A stretch of DNA of 64,000 nucleotides, from the IMG/VR virus record IMGVR_UViG_3300046501_000246, one strand, 5' to 3'. Source of the stretch: a virus. The position numbers were made by a program, and so were the translations under genes. Every line of letters starts with the position of its first letter. The first letter of the stretch is position 1. This document shows, piece by piece, positions 48,693 to 58,057 of this stretch. The notes under the pieces are model-generated. The model saw only the letters and a list, made by a program, of their open reading frames with translations. It had not been told where the DNA came from and ran no database searches.

Positions 48693-50276
48693 ATGAATTT
48701 ATCTGATAAGGAAATTTTTCATGCCATCAAAAAGTATGGCAGTGCCCGCAAAGCAGCAAAAGAATTAGGAATTCCAAAGTCAACATTCTCAGACGCGGTA
48801 CGCAGAATCCGCACCGGAAATCTTACCGAAACTAAAGTCATTAAGCCGGTAGTTTTTAAAGCTCCTAAAAAGAAGGGTGGAGTAAAGCGTTACATCTTGA
48901 CCAGTGTTCAAGATGGAACTAAGATTCACCCTTTCTTTGATGCTCTAAAAGTTTATGCAGACTATCTCGATGCCCAACTGATGGTATCGGGTTACACTTA
49001 TAATAAGTCTCTGTTTCAAGAGCACAGCAAGCACAAAGTAGTTTTTCCAGACTCAGTACTCCCTTACCTCACAAATGATCGCGTCCTGCTAGGTGACAAC
49101 GTTGTGTTTGCAGGCGAGATGAATATCTTGCCGACAGCCAGCGATCCTTTGCTCGGCCTAAAAACCTACACTGAAAATAAATGGGGAATTATTCCTCACG
49201 CAAAAATTAGACTTGAGAGCGTACCGATGATGAAAGGCGATCCGGCAAAGATCGTCATGACCACAGGTACAATCTCAAAGCCTAACTATGTGCAGAAGCG
49301 CGCCGGTCTGATCGCAGAATTTCATCACACCTATGGCGCTGTGTTGGCCGAAGTCTGTTCCAATGGGGAATTCTTCTGCCGCCACCTCATGGGTGAAGAC
49401 GATACAGGTAATTTCTATGACCTGACACGCTATGTCACGACAGAAGGTGTGGTCGAAGGCAATCGCGTAGCGAGTATTACGTGGGGAGATATCCATTACG
49501 AGAAACTAGATGAAACCGCGTCTATCGCCGCGTTTGGTTACTCTCCTTCAGTGAAGGGTAATGTCTCCTCCAACTGTCTTCTCGATATCCTGAAACCTTA
49601 CCATCAGTTCTTTCACGATACTATCGATTTTCGTGCCAGAAACCACCACTCTATCAACGACCCACATTTCCGGTTCGAAATGTGGGTAAATAATACTGAG
49701 AACGTGGAGAACGACCTTGCGGATGCGGCGTTGTTCCTCCGTGAGACTAAGAGGGCTTGGTGCTCTAGCGTTGTTATCGAATCGAATCATGATACTGCCT
49801 TATCTAAATGGTTGAAGACTGGTGACTACAGGCAAGACCCTGTAAACGCGATCTTTTTCCTTGAGACGCAACTTGGCAAGTACAAAGCCATCCGAGACGG
49901 CGATTCCAAATATAACATCTTTTGGGAAGCAATCAAGCGCTACAGTCCAGATAACGCGGCGGGGTTGAAATTTGTTCCAGAAGATGACTCCTATAAAGTC
50001 TGTGGCATTGAAAACGGAATGCACGGCCACCTAGGGCCAAATGGGGCACGGCCTTCACCACGATCCTTCTCCCGCATGGGCACGAAGGCTAACACGGCTC
50101 ACACACATAGCGCCAGCATCTTCGATGGCATTTGGACCAGTGGCGTAATGGGTAAACTCGACATGGGCTACAACAAGGGCCTTAGCTCTTGGAGTCCTAC
50201 GCATACCATCACTCATTTAAACGCGAAGCGCCAGATGCTGACCATGAGCCCAAGCGGTAGATTTTATGCTGAATGA
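48693..50276 (+). CDS. N-terminal HTH plus calcineurin-like phosphoesterase-domain protein
   Basis: GSARKAAKELGIPKSTF HTH; WGDIH, HDTID, ESNHD, MHGH, HTHS metal-binding motifs. Confidence 0.75.
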   Translation: MNLSDKEIFHAIKKYGSARKAAKELGIPKSTFSDAVRRIRTGNLTETKVIKPVVFKAPKKKGGVKRYILTSVQDGTKIHPFFDALKVYADYLDAQLMVSGYTYNKSLFQEHSKHKVVFPDSVLPYLTNDRVLLGDNVVFAGEMNILPTASDPLLGLKTYTENKWGIIPHAKIRLESVPMMKGDPAKIVMTTGTISKPNYVQKRAGLIAEFHHTYGAVLAEVCSNGEFFCRHLMGEDDTGNFYDLTRYVTTEGVVEGNRVASITWGDIHYEKLDETASIAAFGYSPSVKGNVSSNCLLDILKPYHQFFHDTIDFRARNHHSINDPHFRFEMWVNNTENVENDLADAALFLRETKRAWCSSVVIESNHDTALSKWLKTGDYRQDPVNAIFFLETQLGKYKAIRDGDSKYNIFWEAIKRYSPDNAAGLKFVPEDDSYKVCGIENGMHGHLGPNGARPSPRSFSRMGTKANTAHTHSASIFDGIWTSGVMGKLDMGYNKGLSSWSPTHTITHLNAKRQMLTMSPSGRFYAE

Positions 50277-50650
50277 CGGTACTTACATTAAGTGCGCTGG
50301 CTCAGATTGCGCCAACCTTTGCACACTCATTGTTTGGTCCGAAGGCCCTTTAAGTGGCTTCTGGTGTGAAACATGTTTTGAAGAAGCTGACTCTAAAATC
50401 TACGAAAGCGAAGAAGTTCAAAATGGCTGATTACGACGGCGATCCTGCTAAGCAACCACCAGAATGTAAATCTGTTTTCACGCCATTCTCAGACGATTTT
50501 CCAAAAAGTCTGTGGGACATAGGTGATGGTAAATGGTCCAAGTGCCCCAACATTTATGAAGACACTAGTTACATCGATATGGATGGCGAGCAATATTATT
50601 GCGACGTTTGCGGTAAGCATTACTATCTCGATTATGAGGATATGAAGTAA
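50266..50650 (+). CDS. two small Cys-rich proteins (50266-50430; 50423-50650)
   Basis: manual translation; CxxxxC...CxxC and C...C...CxxC patterns. Confidence 0.55.
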
Positions 50651-50652
50651 AT

Positions 50653-50677
50653 GAGCGCCAGATTTGATCTGGCGCTC
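50653..50677. terminator. hairpin between convergent genes (likely bidirectional terminator)
   Basis: GAGCGCCAGA-TTTGA-TCTGGCGCTC perfect 10-bp stem. Confidence 0.7.
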
Positions 50678-50692
50678 TACCATCAGATTACT

Positions 50693-51025
50693 TTATTCCT
50701 CGATAGAAGATTCCTTCAATTCGTAGATTGCGTCTGAGACTTCAAAACCGTGTATCAAGTCTTGAAGAATCATCTGACCTTCGAAACATGTCTCGAAATC
50801 TTTTTGATTAAAGGTCATATCAGGAAGTTTTTCCATTCTGGCCGCATAGAGTACGCCCATGCCATCAACATAAGCGTCTTTTGTTACGGCGCGGAGACTT
50901 ACAGTGACTTTGTCGGCACGGAGTCTGCCAAAATTTTTGGCCCAATTATTAAGAGCCTCGATTGAGCTTTCTCCTTTGCCCCAAGACTGGCCACCAACTG
51001 CCATGACGTGAGTAAGCTGTTCCAT
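50693..51025 (-). CDS. hypothetical protein, isolated minus-strand gene
   Basis: ORF track; AAGGAG SD; own promoter and terminator. Confidence 0.75.
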   Translation of the reverse strand: MEQLTHVMAVGGQSWGKGESSIEALNNWAKNFGRLRADKVTVSLRAVTKDAYVDGMGVLYAARMEKLPDMTFNQKDFETCFEGQMILQDLIHGFEVSDAIYELKESSIEE

Positions 51026-51061
51026 TTACGTTTCTCCTTATGTAATGAACTAACAAAACCC

Positions 51062-51090
51062 AATGTAAGGAAAATCAATGCGTTTGTCAA
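51062..51090 (-). promoter_or_regulatory. sigma70-like promoter
   Basis: on minus strand TTGACA-N17-TACATT. Confidence 0.7.
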
Positions 51091-51118
51091 CACCTAAAAA
51101 TTTAACCTATGGTGACAT

Positions 51119-51498
51119 ATGAAAATAATTATTAGAGATAACTATGGCAGAGAGAGTGTAGCAGATAAACTCGTTGCTGAAAATGTTAATAAAAATTATG
51201 CGGATTTTATCGCAGACAAGTTAAATGGCTATTTTGGTGACGATGACTATTTTTCTGTCGAGCAAGATGATTATGTCCTCTGGCGCGGCATGGAAGAATT
51301 AATTTAATGACCAAGAAATCAGAAGAATTTGTTGAGGCAAATCAGCAGTTAGGCGTCATAGAAGGTTGGGCCACAGGTAGTGGTGGGCAAGGAGGCTCTT
51401 ATAAATTGAGTGATGGTAGAGTTTTTAAACTGTCGCTAGAGGATTGCTTAAGCCTTCCTCCCGAATATCCCATATGGGAATTTAGTAGAGGATTCTAA
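51119..51498 (+). CDS. two small hypothetical proteins (51119-51307; 51307-51498)
   Basis: ORF track. Confidence 0.55.
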
Positions 51499-51503
51499 AT
51501 AAA

Positions 51504-51959
51504 ATGACTTTACAAATTAAAAAATATGTGTTAGGGTTTGCGTTCTGGCGTGATTGTGTAGCTTTGATTTATAAAACCAAAGGCCCTTCCTATGTCATTT
51601 CGACATGGAACGGTATCGGCGGTAAGGTCGAAGAGCAGGATGATGGGTGGATCGAAGGCGCTATGATGCGCGAGTTTGCCGAAGAAACGCATCTCGTTAT
51701 CGGTCCCGATCTTTGGAAACATTTCGCTACTCAAAAAGGTTCCTCTTGGGACGGCGGAACATATGAACTTCATTGCCTTGCCGCTGAAATTCCAAATGAT
51801 TTTGACGCAGCCTATATTAAAAACACTGAAGGTGACGGCGAAACGGTTCAATGGTTTCAGATGCATAATCTGCCGAAGAACATTACACCAAACCTTTCAT
51901 GGCTCCTGCCTCTCGCCACGGATAAAACAACTGGCTACCTAGAGATTACAGAGCAATGA
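51504..51959 (+). CDS. Nudix hydrolase (MutT-like)
   Basis: WNGIGGKVE......AMMREFAEETHL Nudix box. Confidence 0.85.
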   Translation: MTLQIKKYVLGFAFWRDCVALIYKTKGPSYVISTWNGIGGKVEEQDDGWIEGAMMREFAEETHLVIGPDLWKHFATQKGSSWDGGTYELHCLAAEIPNDFDAAYIKNTEGDGETVQWFQMHNLPKNITPNLSWLLPLATDKTTGYLEITEQ

Positions 51960-52132
51960 TCGTTTTCGCCCTTGAACTTGAATATGAAGACGTAACAGGC
52001 GAAAGCCATTTTGAACTACGTTCGCTCCATGAAACTCATGACGACGCGTTGTGGTACTGGACTTGGCACGTCTCAGACGCGGACAAGAAATCAATCTATA
52101 AAAATTATCGCATCTCCAAGTGGACAATTTAA

Positions 52133-52411
52133 ATGTACTCCATCCGATATTTAATTAAAAAAGAAGGTTCTCAGATTGCGTTCTGGAACCACAATGCGAG
52201 CCATGATCTGGTCAAGGCGCTTGAAATTGCGTTCAAGTTTGGTACGGATCATAACAATACCGTCATGACTAATTCAGGTTGGATCAAGGAAGACAAAGAC
52301 CTTTATAGAATGAAGATTGTCTACGCCCTTACCCATCCTGAAGATACAACAAACTTCGCGCTCCATATCACGGTATCATTGGCAAGCGAAACGCACAAAT
52401 CAAACTTTTAA
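52133..52411 (+). CDS. hypothetical protein
   Basis: ORF track. Confidence 0.55.
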   Translation: MYSIRYLIKKEGSQIAFWNHNASHDLVKALEIAFKFGTDHNNTVMTNSGWIKEDKDLYRMKIVYALTHPEDTTNFALHITVSLASETHKSNF

Positions 52412-52412
52412 C

Positions 52413-52667
52413 GTGCCATCGGTTCACAATAAGTATCATAATACTTCCCCTAACGGGGCCGTATATTGTGGTCGTGGATCAGCATATGGAAATCCCTTTG
52501 TCATAGGAAGAGATGGAGATAGGGATGAGGTTTGCGATAAATTTGAATCTTTAATTCTTCCTACTCTCGACGTATCAAAATTAAAAGGCAAAGATTTGGT
52601 CTGCTTCTGCAAACCGAAACGCTGCCACTGTGATGCTATTCTATTAAAAGCTAATAAAGAAGAAAAA
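52413..52667 (+). CDS. DUF4326-like domain, in frame with DNA polymerase and with no intervening stop
   Basis: VYCGRGS.YGNPF.IGRDGDRDEVCDKF, L.GKDLVCFCKPKRCHCD.I; GTG 52413 follows the upstream stop at 52409-52411. Confidence 0.75.
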
Positions 52668-54809
52668 ATGAAACTTAGAACAGCAATATTCGACATCGAA
52701 GGCGATGGACTTTTGCAAAGCAAGTTCATCAAGTATGGAGACGATCTTATTGAAATTCCTCCTATGACAAAGATTCATTGTCTTTGCATCACGGAGTTTG
52801 AAACTGGTAAAAAGTTTAAGTTTGTCGGTCTAGAAGAAATTGAAGAAGGCGTAAGGCTTCTAGAAGACGCTGAAATGGTCGTGGGTCACAACATTCTCGA
52901 CTTCGACTTAAGAGCTATTGCCAAGGTTTTCCCATGGTTTGAGTTTCGTGGCAAGGTTCGCGACACGCTTGTTATGACGCGTCTGATGTTCTCGCACCAG
53001 AAGGAATTAGATTTCCGCCTTCACGAGCGCGACAGGCTTCCCTCTAAATTCATTGGCCGTCACAGCCTCGATAGTTGGGGGTACCGTATCGGTAAGTGGA
53101 AAGGTGATTATTCGGAACAAAGAGAAAAAGAGGCGAAAGAGCTTGGAATTACTAATCCTCTTGCAGTACATCTTCATGTTTGGGGAACCTACAATGAGGA
53201 AATGGGTTCATACTGCGAAAACGACGTGGACGTTACTGAAGAACTTTGGAAGATGCTCATTGAGCTTAACTATCCAGAATTTCCGATCATCTTCGAACAC
53301 GAAATTGCGGATCGATTGATTCAGCAAGAAGACAACGGTTTTCCTTTCAATACTGAAGCGGCGAACAAACTCAGACTAGAGCTTGAGGAATTCAGAGAGA
53401 AAATCAGGGTAGAGTGTGAGCAGAAGTTCCCCGGCAGAATGGAGCCCCAAAAGATTACGACTTACGGTAAACTCCGTGAGGAGTTTAATGCTGTAGATTG
53501 GGACGCGATTAATAATTTAGAGCTTGAAGATTCGGTCTACGAAATGTTGGTCGATCATCCAAGTGATAAACCAACGCCGCAGCTAATGATTCCGAAGCGA
53601 AGCATTAAGTATAAGGATGTGACGAAGGGTGATAGAATAGCTGGCGCACCCTTTACCCCGGTCTATTACAAAGAATTCAATCCCGGCTCGCGTCAGCAAG
53701 TCGCGGAACGATTGATCGAACTTGGGTGGAAGCCTACTGATTTTACCGAGAAAGGTCAACCGCAAGTCAACGAAATTACGCTGAAGCATGCCGCTGAAAA
53801 TATTCCAATTGCGGATTCGCTAGCCGATTATTTCGGGGTGCAAAAGACTTTGGGTCAGTTGGCCGAAGGTGATAATGGTTGGCTCAAGCTGGTCACGGCT
53901 GAGAATAAAATTCACCACCACGTCAATCCTTGCGGCGCGGTGACTGGTCGTTGTACACATGCTAACCCCAATTTGGGGCAGGTTCCTTCTATTTCTAAAA
54001 CAGATAAGAAGGATGAAAACGGCAATCTTATTCTGGACGAAAAAGGCGAAAAGATTAAAGTTCCTAAGTTAGGTCGTGCCGGTGGTTGGGGCTATGAGTG
54101 CCGCTCATTGTTCCACACAACCTCACCATTCGTCATGATGGGCTCTGACCTAAGTGGTATCGAGCTTCGCTGTTTGGCCCACTACATGGCTGAATTTGAC
54201 GGTGGCGAATATGCTAAAATTCTGCTTGAAGGTGATGTTCACTCTGTCAATCAGAAAGCCGCTGGACTAGAAAGCCGTGATCAAGCGAAGACGTTCATCT
54301 ACGCTACGTTGTACGGGGCAGGTCCTGCAAAGATAGGTAGTATCGTTTTACCTTTCGGATCAGAACACGAACAGGAGCGCATCGGTAAAGAACTTCTAGA
54401 TCGATTCCTTCGCAACATGCCAGCACTTAAAAAGCTCATGAAGAAGCTTAAGTCTGAGGCTCGTCGCGGTTGGATCGAAGGCATTGACGGGCGTCGTCTC
54501 TATATCAGGGCACAACACGCCGCGCTCAATACCTTGCTCCAAAATGCAGGTGCCATGATCGCAAAGAAGTGGTATCTCCTGTTTGAAGAATTTATGGAGA
54601 ATAAAGGGTATTCGCATTCGTGGGAACAAGACTTCGCCATGATGGCTTTCGTTCATGACGAAATTCAGGTAGCGGTGCGTGAAGAGATTGCACAAATTGC
54701 TGGCGAAACTTCTGTTGAAGCAGCTGCTGCATCTGGTGATTTCTTTAAATTCCAATTGCCTGTTGCAGCTGAATTTAAAATTGGTTTAACTTGGTCGGAT
54801 ACCCACTAA
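52668..54809 (+). CDS. polA: family A DNA polymerase with 3'-5' exonuclease (T7-like)
   Basis: FDIE, GHN...D, HSLDSWG, YCENDV; motif A DLSGIELR, motif B RDQAKTFIYATLYG, motif C VHDEIQ. Confidence 0.95.
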   Translation: MKLRTAIFDIEGDGLLQSKFIKYGDDLIEIPPMTKIHCLCITEFETGKKFKFVGLEEIEEGVRLLEDAEMVVGHNILDFDLRAIAKVFPWFEFRGKVRDTLVMTRLMFSHQKELDFRLHERDRLPSKFIGRHSLDSWGYRIGKWKGDYSEQREKEAKELGITNPLAVHLHVWGTYNEEMGSYCENDVDVTEELWKMLIELNYPEFPIIFEHEIADRLIQQEDNGFPFNTEAANKLRLELEEFREKIRVECEQKFPGRMEPQKITTYGKLREEFNAVDWDAINNLELEDSVYEMLVDHPSDKPTPQLMIPKRSIKYKDVTKGDRIAGAPFTPVYYKEFNPGSRQQVAERLIELGWKPTDFTEKGQPQVNEITLKHAAENIPIADSLADYFGVQKTLGQLAEGDNGWLKLVTAENKIHHHVNPCGAVTGRCTHANPNLGQVPSISKTDKKDENGNLILDEKGEKIKVPKLGRAGGWGYECRSLFHTTSPFVMMGSDLSGIELRCLAHYMAEFDGGEYAKILLEGDVHSVNQKAAGLESRDQAKTFIYATLYGAGPAKIGSIVLPFGSEHEQERIGKELLDRFLRNMPALKKLMKKLKSEARRGWIEGIDGRRLYIRAQHAALNTLLQNAGAMIAKKWYLLFEEFMENKGYSHSWEQDFAMMAFVHDEIQVAVREEIAQIAGETSVEAAAASGDFFKFQLPVAAEFKIGLTWSDTH

Positions 54810-54844
54810 TGGCAGAAAAAATTTAAATAATCGAAATTTTACGC

Positions 54845-54873
54845 TTGACATTTAGAATTTATTATGCTACTAT
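54845..54873 (+). promoter_or_regulatory. sigma70-like promoter
   Basis: TTGACA-N17-TACTAT with TG extension. Confidence 0.75.
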
Positions 54874-54914
54874 CCCCAACATAATAACAAAAGTAAAAAA
54901 TTAGAAACTGATAA

Positions 54915-55154
54915 ATGATTGAAAATATTGTAGATTATTGTGCCATCGCACTTACCATTTTGTTTGCCGTTGCAATTTATTATCTCATCATCGTTGTTGC
55001 AGTTAAAAACGGCTTATCACTGTTCGTAGATTCAGTTAGCGCTAAATCACAGCCTGACATCGAAACAGTCGAAGATTTCCAAAGCGAAATCACTCCCCCA
55101 ATTACTGAAGAAGAATCAGTAAAAATTCTACGCAACATGCGTGGAGAACAATAA
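54915..55154 (+). CDS. single-TM hypothetical protein
   Basis: ORF track; hydrophobic N-terminus. Confidence 0.55.
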   Translation: MIENIVDYCAIALTILFAVAIYYLIIVVAVKNGLSLFVDSVSAKSQPDIETVEDFQSEITPPITEEESVKILRNMRGEQ

Positions 55155-55747
55155 TGAAAACCTTAGTTTTTGATACTGAAACCACTGGCTTGGTCCATTG
55201 GGGTGCGCCTCCAGCTGACGAACGTCATTGTAAGCTGGTTCAGCTTGGTTGCATTCTATTTGACGAAGCTAAAAACGAAATAGCCACGGTAAAGACCATC
55301 GTCATTCCATCTGTTCCGATCAGCGAAAAGGCTGAAGAAACTCATGGCATCAGCTTAGAAATGGCTCTCGAACTTGGCGTGTCCGCTAATAGTGCGTTAG
55401 AAATTTTCTGTGACTTAGTTGATATAGCAGATGTTATCGTGGCTCACAATATGTCTTTCGATTCCCTCGTAATGAGGCATGCTGCTTACAAGGCCGGGAT
55501 GCCGGGAGACATTTTCGAAGGTAAAGAACTTCGTTGCACGAAAGAAGCCACAACAAAAATCCTACGCCTGCCAAAAGTTAAAGGCGGTAAAGGTTATAAA
55601 TGGCCGACGTTGCAAGAATGCATGACTTATTTTTTTAAAGAAAATATCGAAGGGGCTCACGACGCCATGGTTGACGTTAGAGCTTGCGCCAAGGTTTATC
55701 ACAACCTAGTCGAAAATTTTGAACCGAGGGAATTGAAATGGCAGTAA
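55154..55747 (+). CDS. DEDDh 3'-5' exonuclease (DnaQ-like)
   Basis: FDTETTG, THGIS, AHN..FD, AHDA..DV. Confidence 0.9.
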   Translation: MKTLVFDTETTGLVHWGAPPADERHCKLVQLGCILFDEAKNEIATVKTIVIPSVPISEKAEETHGISLEMALELGVSANSALEIFCDLVDIADVIVAHNMSFDSLVMRHAAYKAGMPGDIFEGKELRCTKEATTKILRLPKVKGGKGYKWPTLQECMTYFFKENIEGAHDAMVDVRACAKVYHNLVENFEPRELKWQ

Positions 55748-56829
55748 CAGGTTCTAAAATTCTAGATTTCGATAAAATCTTTAATAACTATATGGCTCAT
55801 GAGAGCAAGCAGAAAAAGTGGATGTACGACCGTGCCCTTTCCATGGGCGCGTCTGAAACTTTCGACTGTCTCAGGAAAGCCTTCTTCAAGAAGAAGGGCT
55901 TTGATCAAGACCCTGATTATTCTCAGTCTTGGGGTGCTATGGAACGCGGTAATCTAATCGAAGATTATTACGTTGTTCCTGCACTAGAATTAGGTCTTCC
56001 TGAAGGGATCGACCTAATCGGCGCTGGTCAGTCTGATCAGACCACATTCCTTGACGAAGAAAATCGCCTTAGCGCAACGCCAGACGGCTTGCTCGCAAAT
56101 CTGGAACGTGACGCTCTCAGTCTCTACGGCATTGATGACATTGAAAGTGACTGCATCACAGTCGAAGTTAAGTCAATCGATCCACGCGTCTCGCTCACAG
56201 AAGAGAAGGCGGTTCACAGGGGCCAAGTCAATATTCAGATCGGGCTAATCCGCGATCAGACCGACTTCAAGCCACGCTACGGCGTCATTCTATATGTTGA
56301 CGCTTCCTTCTTAGACAACATCACGCCTTTCATTATTCGCTTCGATGAAAAGACTTATGAAGCTGCTAAAGTTAGAGCTAAGAAAGTCTTCGCGGCTAAA
56401 ATCCCTAGCGACCTTCCTCCTGAAGGTAAAGTAACAGGGGCATGCAAACTTTGCCCTTGGTTTAAACAGTGCAACGGTATCAACCTCGCATCAGTTCCGC
56501 AAGAGTCCCTTGATAAAATCGCTCTCGATAAAGATCGCGCCATCATGGCAAAGTTTGTCGAAGATGAGCAAGAAGCCAAGGAACGCAAGAAGATTGCCGA
56601 AATGGACGAAGAGCGTATCCGCGTTGAAATGAAAGAATTCCTCAAGAAGCTTGGTACAAGAAATCTAAAAGCAACTGATGGTTCTTGGGCCGTGACTTAC
56701 TCCACGCAGAAGGGACGCACCGGCCTCGATAAAGAAAAGATGATTGAGGATGGCATTGATCTAACGCTTTATGAAAAAGAGGGCGAAGGTTTTGAAGTGC
56801 TACGTGTAACGACAAAGAAAGTTAAGTAA
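55738..56829 (+). CDS. PD-(D/E)xK exonuclease, Cas4-like with 4-Cys Fe-S signature
   Basis: DCLRK, ATPDG, EVKS, Q..IQ, CKLCPWFKQC. Confidence 0.75.
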   Translation: MAVTGSKILDFDKIFNNYMAHESKQKKWMYDRALSMGASETFDCLRKAFFKKKGFDQDPDYSQSWGAMERGNLIEDYYVVPALELGLPEGIDLIGAGQSDQTTFLDEENRLSATPDGLLANLERDALSLYGIDDIESDCITVEVKSIDPRVSLTEEKAVHRGQVNIQIGLIRDQTDFKPRYGVILYVDASFLDNITPFIIRFDEKTYEAAKVRAKKVFAAKIPSDLPPEGKVTGACKLCPWFKQCNGINLASVPQESLDKIALDKDRAIMAKFVEDEQEAKERKKIAEMDEERIRVEMKEFLKKLGTRNLKATDGSWAVTYSTQKGRTGLDKEKMIEDGIDLTLYEKEGEGFEVLRVTTKKVK

Positions 56830-57062
56830 TGACAAAACTAAATGACGACAATGTAGCCCAACTTATGATGAAGTTAGCAGAAAGTTTCTGTGAACACATC
56901 GTGGTTTTCGCTGAAACGGCAAAGCAGAGCGGCGCTTCCGAAGAGGATTATAGTGCAGCAGTTTACGCCACACTTACCGCCCTCGTGGCAGGCTTCGAAA
57001 CAGAAATGAATCCTGAAGTGCTCGGCTCGGTAAAGGAATTGATTAAGCAGGCTGACGCATAA
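56829..57062 (+). CDS. hypothetical protein
   Basis: ORF track. Confidence 0.6.
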   Translation: MTKLNDDNVAQLMMKLAESFCEHIVVFAETAKQSGASEEDYSAAVYATLTALVAGFETEMNPEVLGSVKELIKQADA

Positions 57063-57169
57063 AATATTTCTCCAATTGTCTCTAGGAGATTTAAAAATAA
57101 AAACACTGTAGAGATAAAAACACATAACTTAAACGAAAAACAAGAAACTAAGAAACGAGAAAATATAAA

Positions 57170-57949
57170 ATGGCAAATGAACTTACAACCCGTAACGAGA
57201 ACGCTGTCGCAAACAATGGCGCTTCAGGTAATCCATTCCTAAGTGCTGCATCCTCACTAGGCGGCGGTAACGATGGTCTAACTTTCGCTGGCTTCAGCGG
57301 CAAGACCGGCGATTACACTTACGGCGCTGAGAAGGAAGAGCTAGACGACGGTTGGGAAGGCGCAGTCAATATGAATTCTGCCAAGCAGGGCCATATTTGC
57401 TGGAAGGACTCTGAAGTCGTTGGCGAAGATATGACACGCATTCTCGACGGCAATCCTACGCCGAAGAGCCAGCTTGAAGATCATGGTCCTTACGATGACG
57501 ATGATGATGGTTGGCAGCAGCAGATCAGCTTTGAAGTAGCTGTACTTGAAGGCGGTGGTGATGCTGAAGGCGAAAAGCTCCTCCTCAAGAATAGTTCAAA
57601 GTCTGGCCTCCGTGCTTTTGGTAATCTCCTAGCCGCTTACGGTAAGGCGATCCAGAAGGGTCAGAACATTGGTGATGATGGTGAAGACCTACTCCCAATC
57701 GTTAAGTTTGAAGCTACCGAATTCACACCGAAGGGTGCGAAGAAGAAGGAAAAGGCTTACGCTCCTAAGTTTACCATCGTAGGCTGGATCAGCGAAGCAG
57801 AACTTGACGAAAAGTATGGTGGCGAGAATGACGCTTCTAACTACGAAGATGATGATTCTTCAGAAGCTGAAGCCGAAGTCAAGGAAGAAGTAGTCGAGAA
57901 GAAGGCTGAAGAAGCTCCCGCTACTGGTGGTCGTCGCCGTCGTTTCTAA
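57170..57949 (+). CDS. putative single-stranded DNA-binding protein
   Basis: replication context; aromatic beta-strand core (F.GKTGDY, W, YAPKFTIVGW); acidic tail; highly biased codons. Confidence 0.6.
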   Translation: MANELTTRNENAVANNGASGNPFLSAASSLGGGNDGLTFAGFSGKTGDYTYGAEKEELDDGWEGAVNMNSAKQGHICWKDSEVVGEDMTRILDGNPTPKSQLEDHGPYDDDDDGWQQQISFEVAVLEGGGDAEGEKLLLKNSSKSGLRAFGNLLAAYGKAIQKGQNIGDDGEDLLPIVKFEATEFTPKGAKKKEKAYAPKFTIVGWISEAELDEKYGGENDASNYEDDDSSEAEAEVKEEVVEKKAEEAPATGGRRRRF

Positions 57950-57974
57950 GATTTAAAATCTTAGAAATACAGGT

Positions 57975-58049
57975 GAAGATTTGATCGGTCATCCAACCTT
58001 AAATGAGTTGGGACGCTAACGGCAACCCTTTCAAGGTGGTCAAATCTTC
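57975..58049 (+). ncRNA. candidate structured RNA (multi-stem)
   Basis: 12-bp closing stem GAAGATTTGATC/GGTCAAATCTTC enclosing two or three hairpins; intergenic. Confidence 0.45.
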
Positions 58050-58057
58050 CGGTTAAT

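Noticed and set aside
52317-52412. ATG 52317 as the start of the polymerase ORF
   Set aside because: It overlaps the upstream gene by about 95 nt and the extra residues look non-coding. GTG 52413 and ATG 52668 fit better.
11948-54809. Inteins or group I introns in primase-helicase, ligases or polymerase
   Set aside because: The ORFs are continuous, with no C/S...HN splice motifs or LAGLIDADG blocks, and catalytic motifs are not interrupted by large inserts.
57971-58020. SAM-II/SAM-V riboswitch reading (GATTTG...TTAAAT...CGCTAA)
   Set aside because: It lacks the UUGC segment that must pair with the 3' GCUAA to form the SAM pocket, and a stronger alternative 12-bp stem exists. Kept only as an unassigned structure.
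57987-58037. c-di-GMP-I riboswitch or pistol ribozyme assignment
   Set aside because: Only short fragments match (GAGTTGGGACGC; TTAAAT). The GGCAAA/GNRA-receptor elements and the pistol P1-pseudoknot are absent.
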